This document shows positions 9,785 through 19,422 of a stretch of DNA of 61,483 bases, in pieces. Every line of letters starts with the position of its first letter. Positions within the stretch are counted from its first letter, which is position 1. Position numbers and translations under genes: made by a program. This stretch comes from Candidatus Aenigmatarchaeota archaeon (GTDB lineage Archaea > Aenigmatarchaeota > Aenigmatarchaeia > Aenigmatarchaeales > JACQIB01). The notes below the pieces were generated by a model. It was not told the DNA's origin and ran no database searches. It saw nothing but the letters and a program-made list of their open reading frames with translations. The stretch covers positions 1-61,483 of the forward strand of contig JBHIDR010000001.1 in the NCBI GenBank assembly GCA_046760225.1, given 5' to 3'.

Positions 9785-10141
9785 ATGCCGATCGTACCTA
9801 AGGGGTGGGATTGGCAATATGACTGGCATAAGAAAAGAGGCTATTGGGTACCAGAAGGCTGGGAATTTCAGCCAGATTACAGTTTTCTAGAGAGAACGAA
9901 CTGGGGCTTTAAAGAACCGTTCAAAGTGGAGAGCTACTTAAGGAGGGTAAGGTTAGGCCTAATAAGTACTGGAGAACCACGATACAATACAAGGCCATTA
10001 TACCGAGAAATTGACTTATCACCATCCCTACCCCCGAGAAGGAATAATAACAGAGAGGAGGCTAGAAATACGAATTCTTTTCCAAGAGATCTGATAGAAA
10101 AAACAATAAGAAGCATTCGAAATTATATGTCACTTCTATAA
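9785..10141 (+). CDS. hypothetical Trp/Arg-rich protein
   Basis: The 118-aa ORF lies in a visibly AT-richer stretch. I recognise no motif. Confidence 0.4.
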   Translation: MPIVPKGWDWQYDWHKKRGYWVPEGWEFQPDYSFLERTNWGFKEPFKVESYLRRVRLGLISTGEPRYNTRPLYREIDLSPSLPPRRNNNREEARNTNSFPRDLIEKTIRSIRNYMSLL

Positions 10142-10184
10142 CGCTCAATTACATGTTTTTAAATTAAAAATACTAATTTAATCC

Positions 10185-10490
10185 ATGCCAGAGGAGTTTG
10201 ACAGAACAATTGAAAACATTGCTGTATGCAAGGAGGTTGCTGAGAAGCTCTTGAAGGAAAGGGAAAGGCTGATTGGCAAAGACATAGAGCTCGACCGCAG
10301 GTATCCTCACATGGCAGCCAAGTACAGGGGCAGGATAACCGACATACAGGAGAGGAACGACCAGGTATTTATCAACATCGAGCTGAAACCAGGCAAGGTA
10401 CAGGCATTTCTTGTTGCTTCAGCTGATGACAAGTTTGCCCAGAACCTGATCAGGCATGCTGAGAAAACAAGGATTAGGATAAAATTTTAA
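10185..10490 (+). CDS. hypothetical protein
   Basis: The 101-aa ORF has no recognisable motif. Confidence 0.5.
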   Translation: MPEEFDRTIENIAVCKEVAEKLLKERERLIGKDIELDRRYPHMAAKYRGRITDIQERNDQVFINIELKPGKVQAFLVASADDKFAQNLIRHAEKTRIRIKF

Positions 10491-10515
10491 ATAGTTTAGC
10501 ATCGATTTCTAAAGG

Positions 10516-10680
10516 ATGAGGCGCAAAGTGATAGATGTAAGGAAAAGGAAGGAAGGGGAGAGTGTTGAAGAAATCATAGGAGAGATAGAAAGGCTGAATG
10601 AAAGGGGCAAGTACAGAGGAAGGAAGGGAGAATTCAGCTATTCTGGTGATGGTGACAAAATAATATTCAAACCCTATTAG
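10516..10680 (+). CDS. possible 54-aa basic mini-ORF
   Basis: It fills the gap between its neighbours exactly and encodes MRRKVIDVRKRKEGESVEEIIGEIERLNERGKYRGRKGEFSYSGDGDKIIFKPY. It is below the ORF-track cutoff. Confidence 0.35.
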   Translation: MRRKVIDVRKRKEGESVEEIIGEIERLNERGKYRGRKGEFSYSGDGDKIIFKPY

Positions 10681-10691
10681 GATGATCAAAT

Positions 10692-10937
10692 ATGGAGGAC
10701 AAAATAGAGCCCCAGGAAATTACTAGGTGGCTTGAGAAGCTCGAGCCCCTGCTGGAAAAGATAGAGGTGGTTGACTCCAGGGGCGAGGCACAGCTGCAGA
10801 ACCTGAAGGCATATGTGTCTGACAGCAGGCACTTCCTTGAAAACAGCAATCTGGTGAAGTCCTTTGAGGCCATGGTCTGGGCATGGGCCATATTTGAACT
10901 ATGTAAAGAGCTGGAAATTTTCCAGATTTACGGTTAA
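10692..10937 (+). CDS. DUF357-like small protein
   Basis: KAYVSDSRHFLENSNLVKSFEAMVWAWAIFE resembles the DUF357 helical-hairpin pattern. Confidence 0.4.
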   Translation: MEDKIEPQEITRWLEKLEPLLEKIEVVDSRGEAQLQNLKAYVSDSRHFLENSNLVKSFEAMVWAWAIFELCKELEIFQIYG

Positions 10938-11024
10938 AAGGGTTAAAAGTAAGCTTTAAATACTACTCTATAGTAAATATATAGTAGAGATACTTACTGA
11001 ATGGTGGTTAATTAGGGTGTAAAA

Positions 11025-11681
11025 ATGGCTATGTCAATTGAAGATGCTGTGGCTATTTTGAATGAAAGAATTCAAAAGCTAGAGGAAAAGATGGAAGAAG
11101 AAGATAAACCTGAATCATATAGAGATTTGACTCTATGGGATACCACGATAGGCGACTTGGACAGATATATAATTGAACCTATGAAAGGTAAGCCGAAACA
11201 GCAGCCAAGCATGGTCATGGACGACCTTTTTGGTGTGTGGCACGATCCTTTGACAGCAAGATTCCACATGTATGTTGATAATGTACGGGGTCCACCTGAC
11301 AGATACGAATGGGTAAGAGGTTTCTACTGGTTGCCATTGATACTTGAGCCCATTGAAGAATTTTTCGATTTCCCGAGAAGGGAAGCCGCTGATGCAGTGG
11401 TTGATTACAAGAAGAGATTGGCAGAAATTGAAAAAGATTACAACATTGAAAAGATAGATATTGTTACAAAACTTGGAGGGGCTGCAAAGGCTACAGGAAG
11501 CCCAGGCAACAGCCCTGAAGAGGCGCAGCATTATGCTAATACGCATATGGCAGAAGAACTGTACAATAAAGTGCAAGAGAACAGAGATATGGTAAAGGAT
11601 ATAATTAAGCTAGGTGTTGCAAACTACCATAGCGAAGGGTTGGGTGCAGGATTTTACAAAACAGCAAAAGTTGAAGGGTGA
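11025..11681 (+). CDS. hypothetical protein, first gene of charged/coiled-coil operon
   Basis: The 218-aa ORF has an N-terminal coiled-coil-like segment. Its stop overlaps the next start. Confidence 0.6.
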   Translation: MAMSIEDAVAILNERIQKLEEKMEEEDKPESYRDLTLWDTTIGDLDRYIIEPMKGKPKQQPSMVMDDLFGVWHDPLTARFHMYVDNVRGPPDRYEWVRGFYWLPLILEPIEEFFDFPRREAADAVVDYKKRLAEIEKDYNIEKIDIVTKLGGAAKATGSPGNSPEEAQHYANTHMAEELYNKVQENRDMVKDIIKLGVANYHSEGLGAGFYKTAKVEG

Positions 11682-13558
11682 TAGTGTTGGTAGAGATTTC
11701 AGATGCTGACTATAGAGCAATGATAGGGATTATAATGAAGCAGCAGCAGGATTTAACCTATCTTAAGGCAGAGCTCGAAAAATATCAGGGCGGAAGAACT
11801 GAGGTAGGCAGCGAAGCAAAGAAAGATGATACAGAAGCTTCCCCATATACAGACCCGAATGTAGAGGCAGTACCTCGTGCAGAACCGATAAATGACAAGG
11901 ACAGTGGCGAGGCTGCACCTGCTCCAAAGAAAGCTGATGCTTATGGTTTTCTTACTATAACCCCGAACTATGTCAGTCTCTATAATAAAATTAAGGACAT
12001 GAGCAAGGACGAGAAGGAGATTGCTGCAACCTCGTTCAGGATCTCCCTAATGGAGAACTGGAAGGACGCAGGGCTTGGTGACTATACCCTCCAAGTATTT
12101 GATGACATATTGAGTTATGCTTTGCGCAAGATGGTCTATGACGGTCAGAAGCCAGACTTTACAGTAAAAGAGCTTGTGGTTGCTGCTAATGAGGCTGAGG
12201 AAAAGAGAGATGTAAAGAGAAAATTGAGATACCTTTTGCAAAGGGAATCAGAAAGACAGGAAGCAGAAGCTCCAAGGAGAATAGAAGGAACTGAAGAAGA
12301 GGAAGCTAGAGAGGAGTATGAAGAAGAGAAGCCTGAAAGGAAACTAGAACCTTGCGGAGTGTTCAGGACAAAGGCCTACAAGATTGATGCTCTCAAGAGA
12401 GCAAACGAAGAGAGTGATTTCTTTGACAATGTGGAAGTCAAGGAGGTCCGTGAATGGGGCAACCTTGGCAAGTGGTACCTCGGAAGCAGGGAAAGGTTAG
12501 TGGAAGTAAGGGGAAAGAAAGAGGACATTGACTATTTGAGGAGCATTATTGATGAGGCGGACTATGAGCCAGAAGTTGTGGAATCTGGCAAAACAATAGA
12601 GAGAATGGATGTTGATATGGAGCTATATGAGGACGTATTAAAGAAGTTCAACAAACCTCTCTTGAAGAACACCAAGGTCGACAAATATAAAGACAAAGTT
12701 TCTGGTGATACAACCTATCACATATATGGGGACCCTGAGGATATAGAAAAGATCAGAGAAGTTATTGATGACTTTGATGTCCATGATTACACAGATTTTA
12801 AGGTAGAAAAGGTCGAGAAGAAGGTTGAAAAGAAACCAAGGAAAAAGGTTCCAAAGAGAATAGAGTTGCCAAAGAGGAGGAAGAGGACTCTAAAGAAAGT
12901 AAAAAAGGAAGATGATTTTCACATGGGTGAGTTGTTCGACAAAGTGAAAATGGAGGACGAACCTTCTGATGAATACGATACTTTTGATGATGAAGATTTT
13001 GACATGGGCGGTGAAGAGTTTCACAAGGAAGAATCTGCAAAAATATACAAGCCTGGAGGGGAGCCCGGAAAGATAGTTGATCTTACTTACGAGGAAATCC
13101 CTGCGGATGAAGGAGTAACCTTTATGAGGTATTCTGGAGGAGAACTTTCAGAAGAAATGCAAGATGAATTGGAAAAGGTTGAAGGTGTTACTCCACAGGT
13201 GGATGGAGCCCATGTACCAGAGGACAAGGTCCCCGAAGTAGAAGGACTGTATAATGAATTCCTCAAAAAAGAGCTCGACAAAACGATGGAGAAGATCAAC
13301 GATGAGCCTGAAGCAAAAGAAGATGAACATTATGAGCCTCTTCCTAAGGATATGGACGAAATCGAACCAGCAGACGAAGAAAATGGAGCAATCAGCAAAA
13401 AAGAGGAAGCAAAGGAAGAAACCACTGTAAAAGAACCTTATGAGGAGGACGAATTTTACAGGAACAACCCAAACCTGCATGACAAGATCAAATCCCAGAA
13501 AGATCTGGAATACTACAAGGAACTTTTCGGAATAACTGAAGAATTTGAAGAGGAATAA
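11678..13558 (+). CDS. large highly acidic hypothetical protein
   Basis: The 626-aa ORF has long Glu/Asp/Lys tracts and one basic patch (KKPRKKVPKRIELPKRRKRTLKKVKK). The antisense ORFs are low-complexity shadows. Confidence 0.65.
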   Translation: MIVLVEISDADYRAMIGIIMKQQQDLTYLKAELEKYQGGRTEVGSEAKKDDTEASPYTDPNVEAVPRAEPINDKDSGEAAPAPKKADAYGFLTITPNYVSLYNKIKDMSKDEKEIAATSFRISLMENWKDAGLGDYTLQVFDDILSYALRKMVYDGQKPDFTVKELVVAANEAEEKRDVKRKLRYLLQRESERQEAEAPRRIEGTEEEEAREEYEEEKPERKLEPCGVFRTKAYKIDALKRANEESDFFDNVEVKEVREWGNLGKWYLGSRERLVEVRGKKEDIDYLRSIIDEADYEPEVVESGKTIERMDVDMELYEDVLKKFNKPLLKNTKVDKYKDKVSGDTTYHIYGDPEDIEKIREVIDDFDVHDYTDFKVEKVEKKVEKKPRKKVPKRIELPKRRKRTLKKVKKEDDFHMGELFDKVKMEDEPSDEYDTFDDEDFDMGGEEFHKEESAKIYKPGGEPGKIVDLTYEEIPADEGVTFMRYSGGELSEEMQDELEKVEGVTPQVDGAHVPEDKVPEVEGLYNEFLKKELDKTMEKINDEPEAKEDEHYEPLPKDMDEIEPADEENGAISKKEEAKEETTVKEPYEEDEFYRNNPNLHDKIKSQKDLEYYKELFGITEEFEEE

Positions 13559-13562
13559 ATAG

Positions 13563-14531
13563 GTGTATTTCATGGCAAGGAAGGTTGCATACAGCAAAAT
13601 TATTGAGATGGCGGAAAAGCTTGAAAAGCCAGTAGAAGAAGTTTATAACGATTATGTAGAGGCCGGTGTAGTTGTAGAGCTTGACGGGCAATCCTATCAG
13701 GATTTTGAAAATCTCAAGAAAGAGCTGGAAGCAAAACAAGAAGAGAGTATAAAATATGAGTCACAGATTGATGATCTTAAGGAACAGCTTAAGAATGATA
13801 AGGAAAAATATGATTCTGAATTGCAGGGGATTACTGCAGATTCTGAAGCCCAAATAAATGAACTTAACACTAAACTCGAAGAGAAAAGGAAAAAGATTGA
13901 TGAACTTAAGAAAAGAGAAGAAGAGTATGAAGCAGAAATGAAAAACATTAACAAGGAACTTGAGGAAGAAAAAAAGAAAAATAAGAGTTATGATGCTAAG
14001 ATAAAGGTTCTCGAAGATAAGTACAAGAAAGAGAAAGATATAAGTGTAAACCTTAAATCTCAACTTAAAGAACTTGAAAAAATAACAGAAAGCCAGCAAA
14101 ATGATATGGAAGAACTTACACTTGATAAGCAAAAACTGGAGAATGAAATCAGAAATGTAAAGATTGAACTGGAAACTGAAAAACTGAGCAGTCAGGCTTT
14201 GCTCGAGGAAAATATTAAGTTGGGCAAAGATCCTGAAGAATTTGAAGCTGAATGGAGAGAAAGAAAGAAAAAGCTAGAAGAAGAGTACGAGGAAATGAGG
14301 CTGGAAAGAGAGAAGAAAGAGAAAATGAAAGAAGGTGCACACCCGGGTGAGAACGGCGTGGTAAGCACCACAAAGCCTGGCACCAAAGAGGGTGATGTAA
14401 CCCAGCCAAATTACGTAAGTCCTAATGGTAATGGAGCTGATGTAGAGGATTGGATAAAAAAGGGAGAGGCTTACTCCAAGAAAAAGAAATTGAAAAAGAA
14501 AACTTCAAAGAAAAAAAGAAAAAAGGTGTAA
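13563..14531 (+). CDS. coiled-coil protein with basic tail
   Basis: The 322-aa ORF has continuous heptad-like KE-rich sequence and a C-terminal KKKKLKKKTSKKKRKKV. Confidence 0.65.
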   Translation: MYFMARKVAYSKIIEMAEKLEKPVEEVYNDYVEAGVVVELDGQSYQDFENLKKELEAKQEESIKYESQIDDLKEQLKNDKEKYDSELQGITADSEAQINELNTKLEEKRKKIDELKKREEEYEAEMKNINKELEEEKKKNKSYDAKIKVLEDKYKKEKDISVNLKSQLKELEKITESQQNDMEELTLDKQKLENEIRNVKIELETEKLSSQALLEENIKLGKDPEEFEAEWRERKKKLEEEYEEMRLEREKKEKMKEGAHPGENGVVSTTKPGTKEGDVTQPNYVSPNGNGADVEDWIKKGEAYSKKKKLKKKTSKKKRKKV

Positions 14532-14534
14532 TAA

Positions 14535-17171
14535 ATGGGCGAGGATAGTAAAGGGATGAAGGAAAAGTTCGTAGAATTTATATCAAAGGATTACGGTGAC
14601 GAAGTTGATCAGGAAGCCGTAGATTTCATTAAGTATATCCTTACAAAGGAGACTGGATACCTTCAAAAGGTTCTTGAAGATCCTTATATTTACAGCATTG
14701 CAAGCCAGTTTGTTGATAAAAATTATAGCGAAAGATCAAATATAGTCGAAGAACAAGAGAAATTAAATAAAGAAAAGGAGGAAGATTTAAGAAAAAGGGA
14801 AATGGAAGTTGCGCTATTGCGGGAAGAGCTGACAAAGGCTATACAGAAAAAGAGCGAAGAAACAAAACTAGTAGCAGAGATGAGTAAAGATGCCAGAGAA
14901 CGAGTGGAGAAAATAGAACAGGTTCGTGGTTATCTTGATACAGAAGCGGACAAGTTAAAAGAAGACAGAAAAAAGCTAGATTCTGGCTTGGAAAACCTCA
15001 AAAAGGAAGAGGATAAGCTGGCCCAAGACAGGAAAGCTTATGATTCTGATGCAGAGAAGCTGGAGAAGGCAAGAAAAGCCCTTGTCCAGGAAGTAGAAAA
15101 ATACACTACAAAAGCGGAAGAGCTGAAGGAAGACAGGGCAAAATACGAGAAAGATATGGAAAAGCTAGACGAGGACAGAGAGAAAGCCAGGGTAGAACTC
15201 GAAGACCTGGGATATGAAAAAGAAGGCCTGGCTGAAGAAAGGAAAAGAATTGATGATTATGAAAGGATGCTTAAAGAGAAATACGAGAAGAAGAGGAAAG
15301 AGTTTCTTGGAATTGCAGAAAGGCTGGCAGAAGAAGAAGAGATGTACAAGGAGAAGACGAGGATTCTTAAACAAAAAGGGGAAAAGGTCAAGAAAAGAGA
15401 AAGAAATGTCAATGAACTAGTCAAAGAAATGGAAATCAGGTTGAAATCCTATGAAGACAGTGACAAGGTTAGCAAGGAACTGGTAAAGAAAGCACAGCAG
15501 CTTGAAGCTGTGGAGAGGAGACTTAAAGAGAAAGAAAAGGAGTACAAGAAGCTGGAAGACAAATACGGAGCAAAGGAAAAGGAACTAAGAGCAAAGAAGG
15601 AAGAACTAGCTAATCAAGCCAAGGAACTGATGGAGATTAAAAATAATTTAGAAGAAAAAGAAGAAAAACTGAAGAAAGAGCTAGAGAAAAAGAAAAGGAA
15701 GGACGTTACCGAAACAATGGAGGAACTAGAGTATGGTGCTCTGCAGAGGAAACGAAAGGAGCTAGAAGAGGAAAAGAAAGAATACGAGGCAAAGGAAGAA
15801 AAACTCAAGGATAATGCTGCAAAACTGGAAAAACTCAAGACCGCATTAGACAAGAAAGACAAGGACCTTACATACAAAGAAAAAGAGCTGGACAAAAGAG
15901 AAAAAGAACTAAAGAAAGCAGAAACAGTGATTCCCAAAACGGCGGCAGAATACAAGGCCATGGAAAAACGTGAAAAGGAACTAGAGAGCAGGGAGAAAGA
16001 GCTCAAAAAACTTGAAAAGGAGCTTTATGAGCTGAAGGAGAACCTTGGTAAAAAGGAAGAGAAACTGGATGACGAGAGGGCTACTATTGAGCAGATGGAA
16101 GATACTTATAATAAAATGAAGAAGGAGATTGAGAAAACTAAGGATGGTCTGGACAAAAAAGAACGTGAGCTCTATAAAAGAGAAGAGGAGCTGAAGTACG
16201 GGGCAACTTCTGAGGAAACGGCTGCTGAAATAGAGAAGTTAAGAAAGGAAGTGGACACAAAGGAGGGCCACCTTGAAAAATACAGAGTTGAAACTACTGA
16301 CCAAAAACTTAAGATTGAGAAGCAAGAAAAAGAGCTGAAAAAGAAAGATAAGGAACTGGAAGGAAAAGATCAAGAAATGGATAAGTTGCAGGAGAAATTG
16401 GTTGAACTGCAGGGAGAAGTCGAGACAGGAGGTAAGGTTGATTATTCTAAGGTATTGAGGGTATTCACACCACAGCAATTAGGGCTGCCATCTAATCTTG
16501 ATAAATTGAACTCCAAAATGAATAAACTGGGTCTGAGTAAAAAAGTAAAATATTGGGTAGATCCAAAAAAAGATACTAAAGATGTGGATACGATTATCCC
16601 TTTGTATGTTCTTGGTCACAAAGAATTTTATGCTGCATATAAGAAATTGATTAAGATGGCTGAGGAGACTGCAAAAGAAGAAGCCATCGAAGTAACAGAA
16701 TACGAGGACACTGATAAGTTAAGAGAAGAAATTATGCAAGAAATAAGAGTAGAAGGTGGAACTGTTGCAGAAAGAGCCAAGGTACAGACAGTAAAGACAG
16801 GATACAGGCAAGACGAAATAGAGGGTGCATATGAGGCCGCATGGCTTGCTGTTACAGATGAGGATTCCCTTGACAAAATGGAGAAGAAAGGTGGAATCAT
16901 ACGGCATATAGATTTTGATGTTTTTGGAGAAGAGGACGAAAGGGGCAACTTTAAGAGAATAGATTATCTGAAGCCCAGAAATGAAGGAGCCAGGAAGTTC
17001 TTTAAAGAAAGGAGAGAGTTAATGGAGAAATACATGAGAGAAAAGGATAGAGGAATGAAGGCGCTCAGGAGAACAGGAAAAAAGGGCAAGAGCGCCAGAA
17101 AGAAAGCTGCTAGTGCTAAAGATAAGCTCAGTAAAGTCGGAAAATTAAAAAAGAAGCGCAGGAAGAAATAA
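14535..17171 (+). CDS. giant coiled-coil protein with globular C-terminal domain and basic tail
   Basis: The 878-aa ORF has about 600 aa of KE-rich coiled coil, then a non-repetitive domain (VLRVFTPQQLGLP...IRHIDFDVFGEED), then a Lys-rich tail. I saw no Walker motifs. Confidence 0.7.
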   Translation: MGEDSKGMKEKFVEFISKDYGDEVDQEAVDFIKYILTKETGYLQKVLEDPYIYSIASQFVDKNYSERSNIVEEQEKLNKEKEEDLRKREMEVALLREELTKAIQKKSEETKLVAEMSKDARERVEKIEQVRGYLDTEADKLKEDRKKLDSGLENLKKEEDKLAQDRKAYDSDAEKLEKARKALVQEVEKYTTKAEELKEDRAKYEKDMEKLDEDREKARVELEDLGYEKEGLAEERKRIDDYERMLKEKYEKKRKEFLGIAERLAEEEEMYKEKTRILKQKGEKVKKRERNVNELVKEMEIRLKSYEDSDKVSKELVKKAQQLEAVERRLKEKEKEYKKLEDKYGAKEKELRAKKEELANQAKELMEIKNNLEEKEEKLKKELEKKKRKDVTETMEELEYGALQRKRKELEEEKKEYEAKEEKLKDNAAKLEKLKTALDKKDKDLTYKEKELDKREKELKKAETVIPKTAAEYKAMEKREKELESREKELKKLEKELYELKENLGKKEEKLDDERATIEQMEDTYNKMKKEIEKTKDGLDKKERELYKREEELKYGATSEETAAEIEKLRKEVDTKEGHLEKYRVETTDQKLKIEKQEKELKKKDKELEGKDQEMDKLQEKLVELQGEVETGGKVDYSKVLRVFTPQQLGLPSNLDKLNSKMNKLGLSKKVKYWVDPKKDTKDVDTIIPLYVLGHKEFYAAYKKLIKMAEETAKEEAIEVTEYEDTDKLREEIMQEIRVEGGTVAERAKVQTVKTGYRQDEIEGAYEAAWLAVTDEDSLDKMEKKGGIIRHIDFDVFGEEDERGNFKRIDYLKPRNEGARKFFKERRELMEKYMREKDRGMKALRRTGKKGKSARKKAASAKDKLSKVGKLKKKRRKK

Positions 17172-17201
17172 TTTAAATATTAGGTATTCCAACTAATTTC
17201 T

Positions 17202-17780
17202 ATGGTAGCACCTGTGTTTAATATTGAGTACATGATATTCGAGCAGATACTGAAGATATCCTCAACAACACTTGCAAGGTATCCTGAGCTCACTGACAAG
17301 CTCCTTTACCTGATTCTCATACCCCATGTAGTGCTTTTGCTCTTCCTTTGGTCATTCGGGATATGGGCGGCAAGAGGGCACAGGGGCTTCCAGATGCTCA
17401 TATCAATAGCAGGCTACTTGTTCTTCATATTGAGCGGTATATACGGCTCATTCCTGGCACCCATTATATCAGGCTTCTTCATATTATGGTTAGGAATTGC
17501 ATTCCTTACGTTCATAGTTGTAAGGATAATACCACCGATTTACGGGCCTGGTGTCAGGGGGTTCGGCAAGGCAGTGGCCCAGAAAGCTGCAGAGAAGACA
17601 GTGGCCAAGACAGCCAAAAAAAAGGCCCTCAAGAAGCAGCTGGAGCTTGTTAACAAGAGAATAAAGGAAACACAGAGGAAGTGGCCAACAACAGAAGAAG
17701 CGCGCCGGGCCAGAGAGCTTAAGCTGCAGGAGCTGAGGGACCTCAGGGTCCAGATAGAGCATGAATTAGAGGAGTTGTAA
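17202..17780 (+). CDS. membrane protein with C-terminal coiled-coil
   Basis: The 192-aa ORF has about 4 TM helices followed by KKKALKKQLELVNKRIKETQRK... Confidence 0.6.
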   Translation: MVAPVFNIEYMIFEQILKISSTTLARYPELTDKLLYLILIPHVVLLLFLWSFGIWAARGHRGFQMLISIAGYLFFILSGIYGSFLAPIISGFFILWLGIAFLTFIVVRIIPPIYGPGVRGFGKAVAQKAAEKTVAKTAKKKALKKQLELVNKRIKETQRKWPTTEEARRARELKLQELRDLRVQIEHELEEL

Positions 17781-17782
17781 GC

Positions 17783-18268
17783 ATGAGCGTTCCGCTGCAG
17801 TTCTTTGGGCTTAGCAACGAGACACTGATAGCATCGCTCTTTATTCTGGCAGTTGTGTTCGGAGTTCTGGAGCTGAGCAATGTCTTCAAGAACAGGGCAG
17901 TTCATTTTGTTGTGTCCCTTGCTGTTGCTTTCTTTGCTTCAACCTACCCCCCACTCGTAAGCGCGCTCTGGACATATCTTCCGAGCATAACATGGTTCTT
18001 CATAGTCATGTTCTTCATAGCATTTGCCCTGGAGCTGTTCGGTGTCAGGAAAGGTAAGGAAGTCGAGGTGCAGAGCATGGTTGTTGGTGGAGGTGTCCTG
18101 CTTGTGCTGCTCTCAATAGGCTGGACGATGCTCCAGTATTATCCTATTGAATTCCCATTGATTGGCGGCGGGGAGAACCTTTTGCTGCTGTTAGGGATAA
18201 TATTCATACTCTCACTGTTCTGGGGTGCATTGAAACTGGGACCAGGGCCGCAACCGCAGAAGGGTTAA
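17783..18268 (+). CDS. polytopic membrane protein, paralog family member 1
   Basis: The 161-aa ORF shares blocks with the next two genes (..VFGVLELSNVFKNRAVHFVVSLAVAFFAS.. and ..ALELFGVRKG..). Confidence 0.65.
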   Translation: MSVPLQFFGLSNETLIASLFILAVVFGVLELSNVFKNRAVHFVVSLAVAFFASTYPPLVSALWTYLPSITWFFIVMFFIAFALELFGVRKGKEVEVQSMVVGGGVLLVLLSIGWTMLQYYPIEFPLIGGGENLLLLLGIIFILSLFWGALKLGPGPQPQKG

Positions 18269-18297
18269 TTTTATATTGATGCTAATCAAAAGGATAT

Positions 18298-18804
18298 GTG
18301 ATTGGAATGGCAATAACAGAGGTCATCTTGGCGCTCAGGGAAGCAGGGTTCGCACTTGTCTTATTGTGGGTGCTCACACTGGCGATTGTTTACGGGCTTC
18401 TCCAGCATGCCAACATGCCAAAATCTATTTCAGCCAGGGGAGTTATTGCAATTGCATCTGCATTCCTTGTTCTGCTTGCAGCTGCAGCAACACCTGCTGT
18501 GGCATTCCTTGAGAACCTGATAACAGCTTCCATAATAATAGCATTCGGGCTCTTACTAACAGTGATATTTTTAGAGATAGCTGGTGTGAAAGTTGGTGAG
18601 GCAAAGACATCCATATTCGCAGCGCATCCCAGATTTTTTGGCGGGATAATACTCGTGCTTGCTGTAATGATATTCATAGGTGCTGGTGGGCTGCAGGTCA
18701 TAGGCCTGCCCAGGATAGTCATAACAGAGGCCATACTCACCTTTTTGCTCCTGATAGGAGTCATGATAGCAGCAGTATATGTGCTGCTGAAAGAAAGCAA
18801 ATGA
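18298..18804 (+). CDS. polytopic membrane protein, paralog family member 2
   Basis: IVYGLLQHANMPKSISARGVIAIASAFLVLLA, VIFLEIAGVK and MIFIGAGGLQVIG align with 18840..19376. Confidence 0.7.
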   Translation: MIGMAITEVILALREAGFALVLLWVLTLAIVYGLLQHANMPKSISARGVIAIASAFLVLLAAAATPAVAFLENLITASIIIAFGLLLTVIFLEIAGVKVGEAKTSIFAAHPRFFGGIILVLAVMIFIGAGGLQVIGLPRIVITEAILTFLLLIGVMIAAVYVLLKESK

Positions 18805-18839
18805 TTTATATAAGAAAGTCAAATAAATAGTGTGATAAA

Positions 18840-19376
18840 ATGGTGACCGACCCGATAACAGCGTACCTGACCACCTTGGGATTCCCGCAGATAATGCTAT
18901 GGCTGCTCTCATTTGCAGCACTATATGGCCTTATGAGCCAGGCAAGCGTGCCAAAGGACAAACCCTCAAGGGCAATAATATCCATAGTTGCCGCGTTCTT
19001 CGTGATACTTGCAACACCGACTGCTCTTATAGAAGTCATTGAAAGGATGTCAACAAGCCTGATACTTGTTGTGCTGGGCATACTACTCATAATAGTGTTT
19101 CTAGAAGTTGCTGGAATCAAGGCACATGTAGTTACAAGGAAACAAACAAAAGAGGGGGTTAAAGAAGAAGTGGTCGCAGTCCCTATTTTTGAGAGATATG
19201 GAACAGCTTTTGCACTTATATTCATAATAATTGCGGTGCTCATATTCATAGGTGCAGGTGGCTTGAACTTACTTGGATTTAACATCAGTCTTACAGGAGT
19301 AAACACAATGACAATCCTTTTCTTCATTGTGATAATACTTGCTGTCATGTGGATGATTTTTGAGAGAGGCGGGTAA
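18840..19376 (+). CDS. polytopic membrane protein, paralog family member 3
   Basis: ALYGLMSQASVPKDKPSRAIISIVAAFFVILA, IVFLEVAGIK and LIFIGAGGLNLLG align with 18298..18804. Confidence 0.7.
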   Translation: MVTDPITAYLTTLGFPQIMLWLLSFAALYGLMSQASVPKDKPSRAIISIVAAFFVILATPTALIEVIERMSTSLILVVLGILLIIVFLEVAGIKAHVVTRKQTKEGVKEEVVAVPIFERYGTAFALIFIIIAVLIFIGAGGLNLLGFNISLTGVNTMTILFFIVIILAVMWMIFERGG

Positions 19377-19422
19377 AAGAAAGAATTATTATTTTATATA
19401 ACGGTAAGTACTATTTCTATGC

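Noticed and set aside
13697-16478. Many Ser/Phe/Leu-rich minus-strand ORFs (for example 15614-16006 and 13761-14132), and apparent DNA repeats in the GAA/AAG-rich region.
   Set aside because: These are antisense shadows of the KE-rich coiled-coil genes. The repetitiveness is codon-level low complexity (GAA/AAG/AAA), not a tandem repeat array or CRISPR.
17348-17653. An alternative-frame 101-aa ORF inside 17202..17780, plus similar nested ORFs (8624-8842, 15214-15420, 26318-26602).
   Set aside because: They are Arg/Gly/Cys-rich off-frame translations of better-supported genes, and none has independent start signals.
18390-19348. Long minus-strand ORFs (136 and 180 aa) opposite the membrane-protein array.
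   Set aside because: The plus-strand frames give clean TM-helix proteins that are paralogous to each other. The minus frames have no such coherence.
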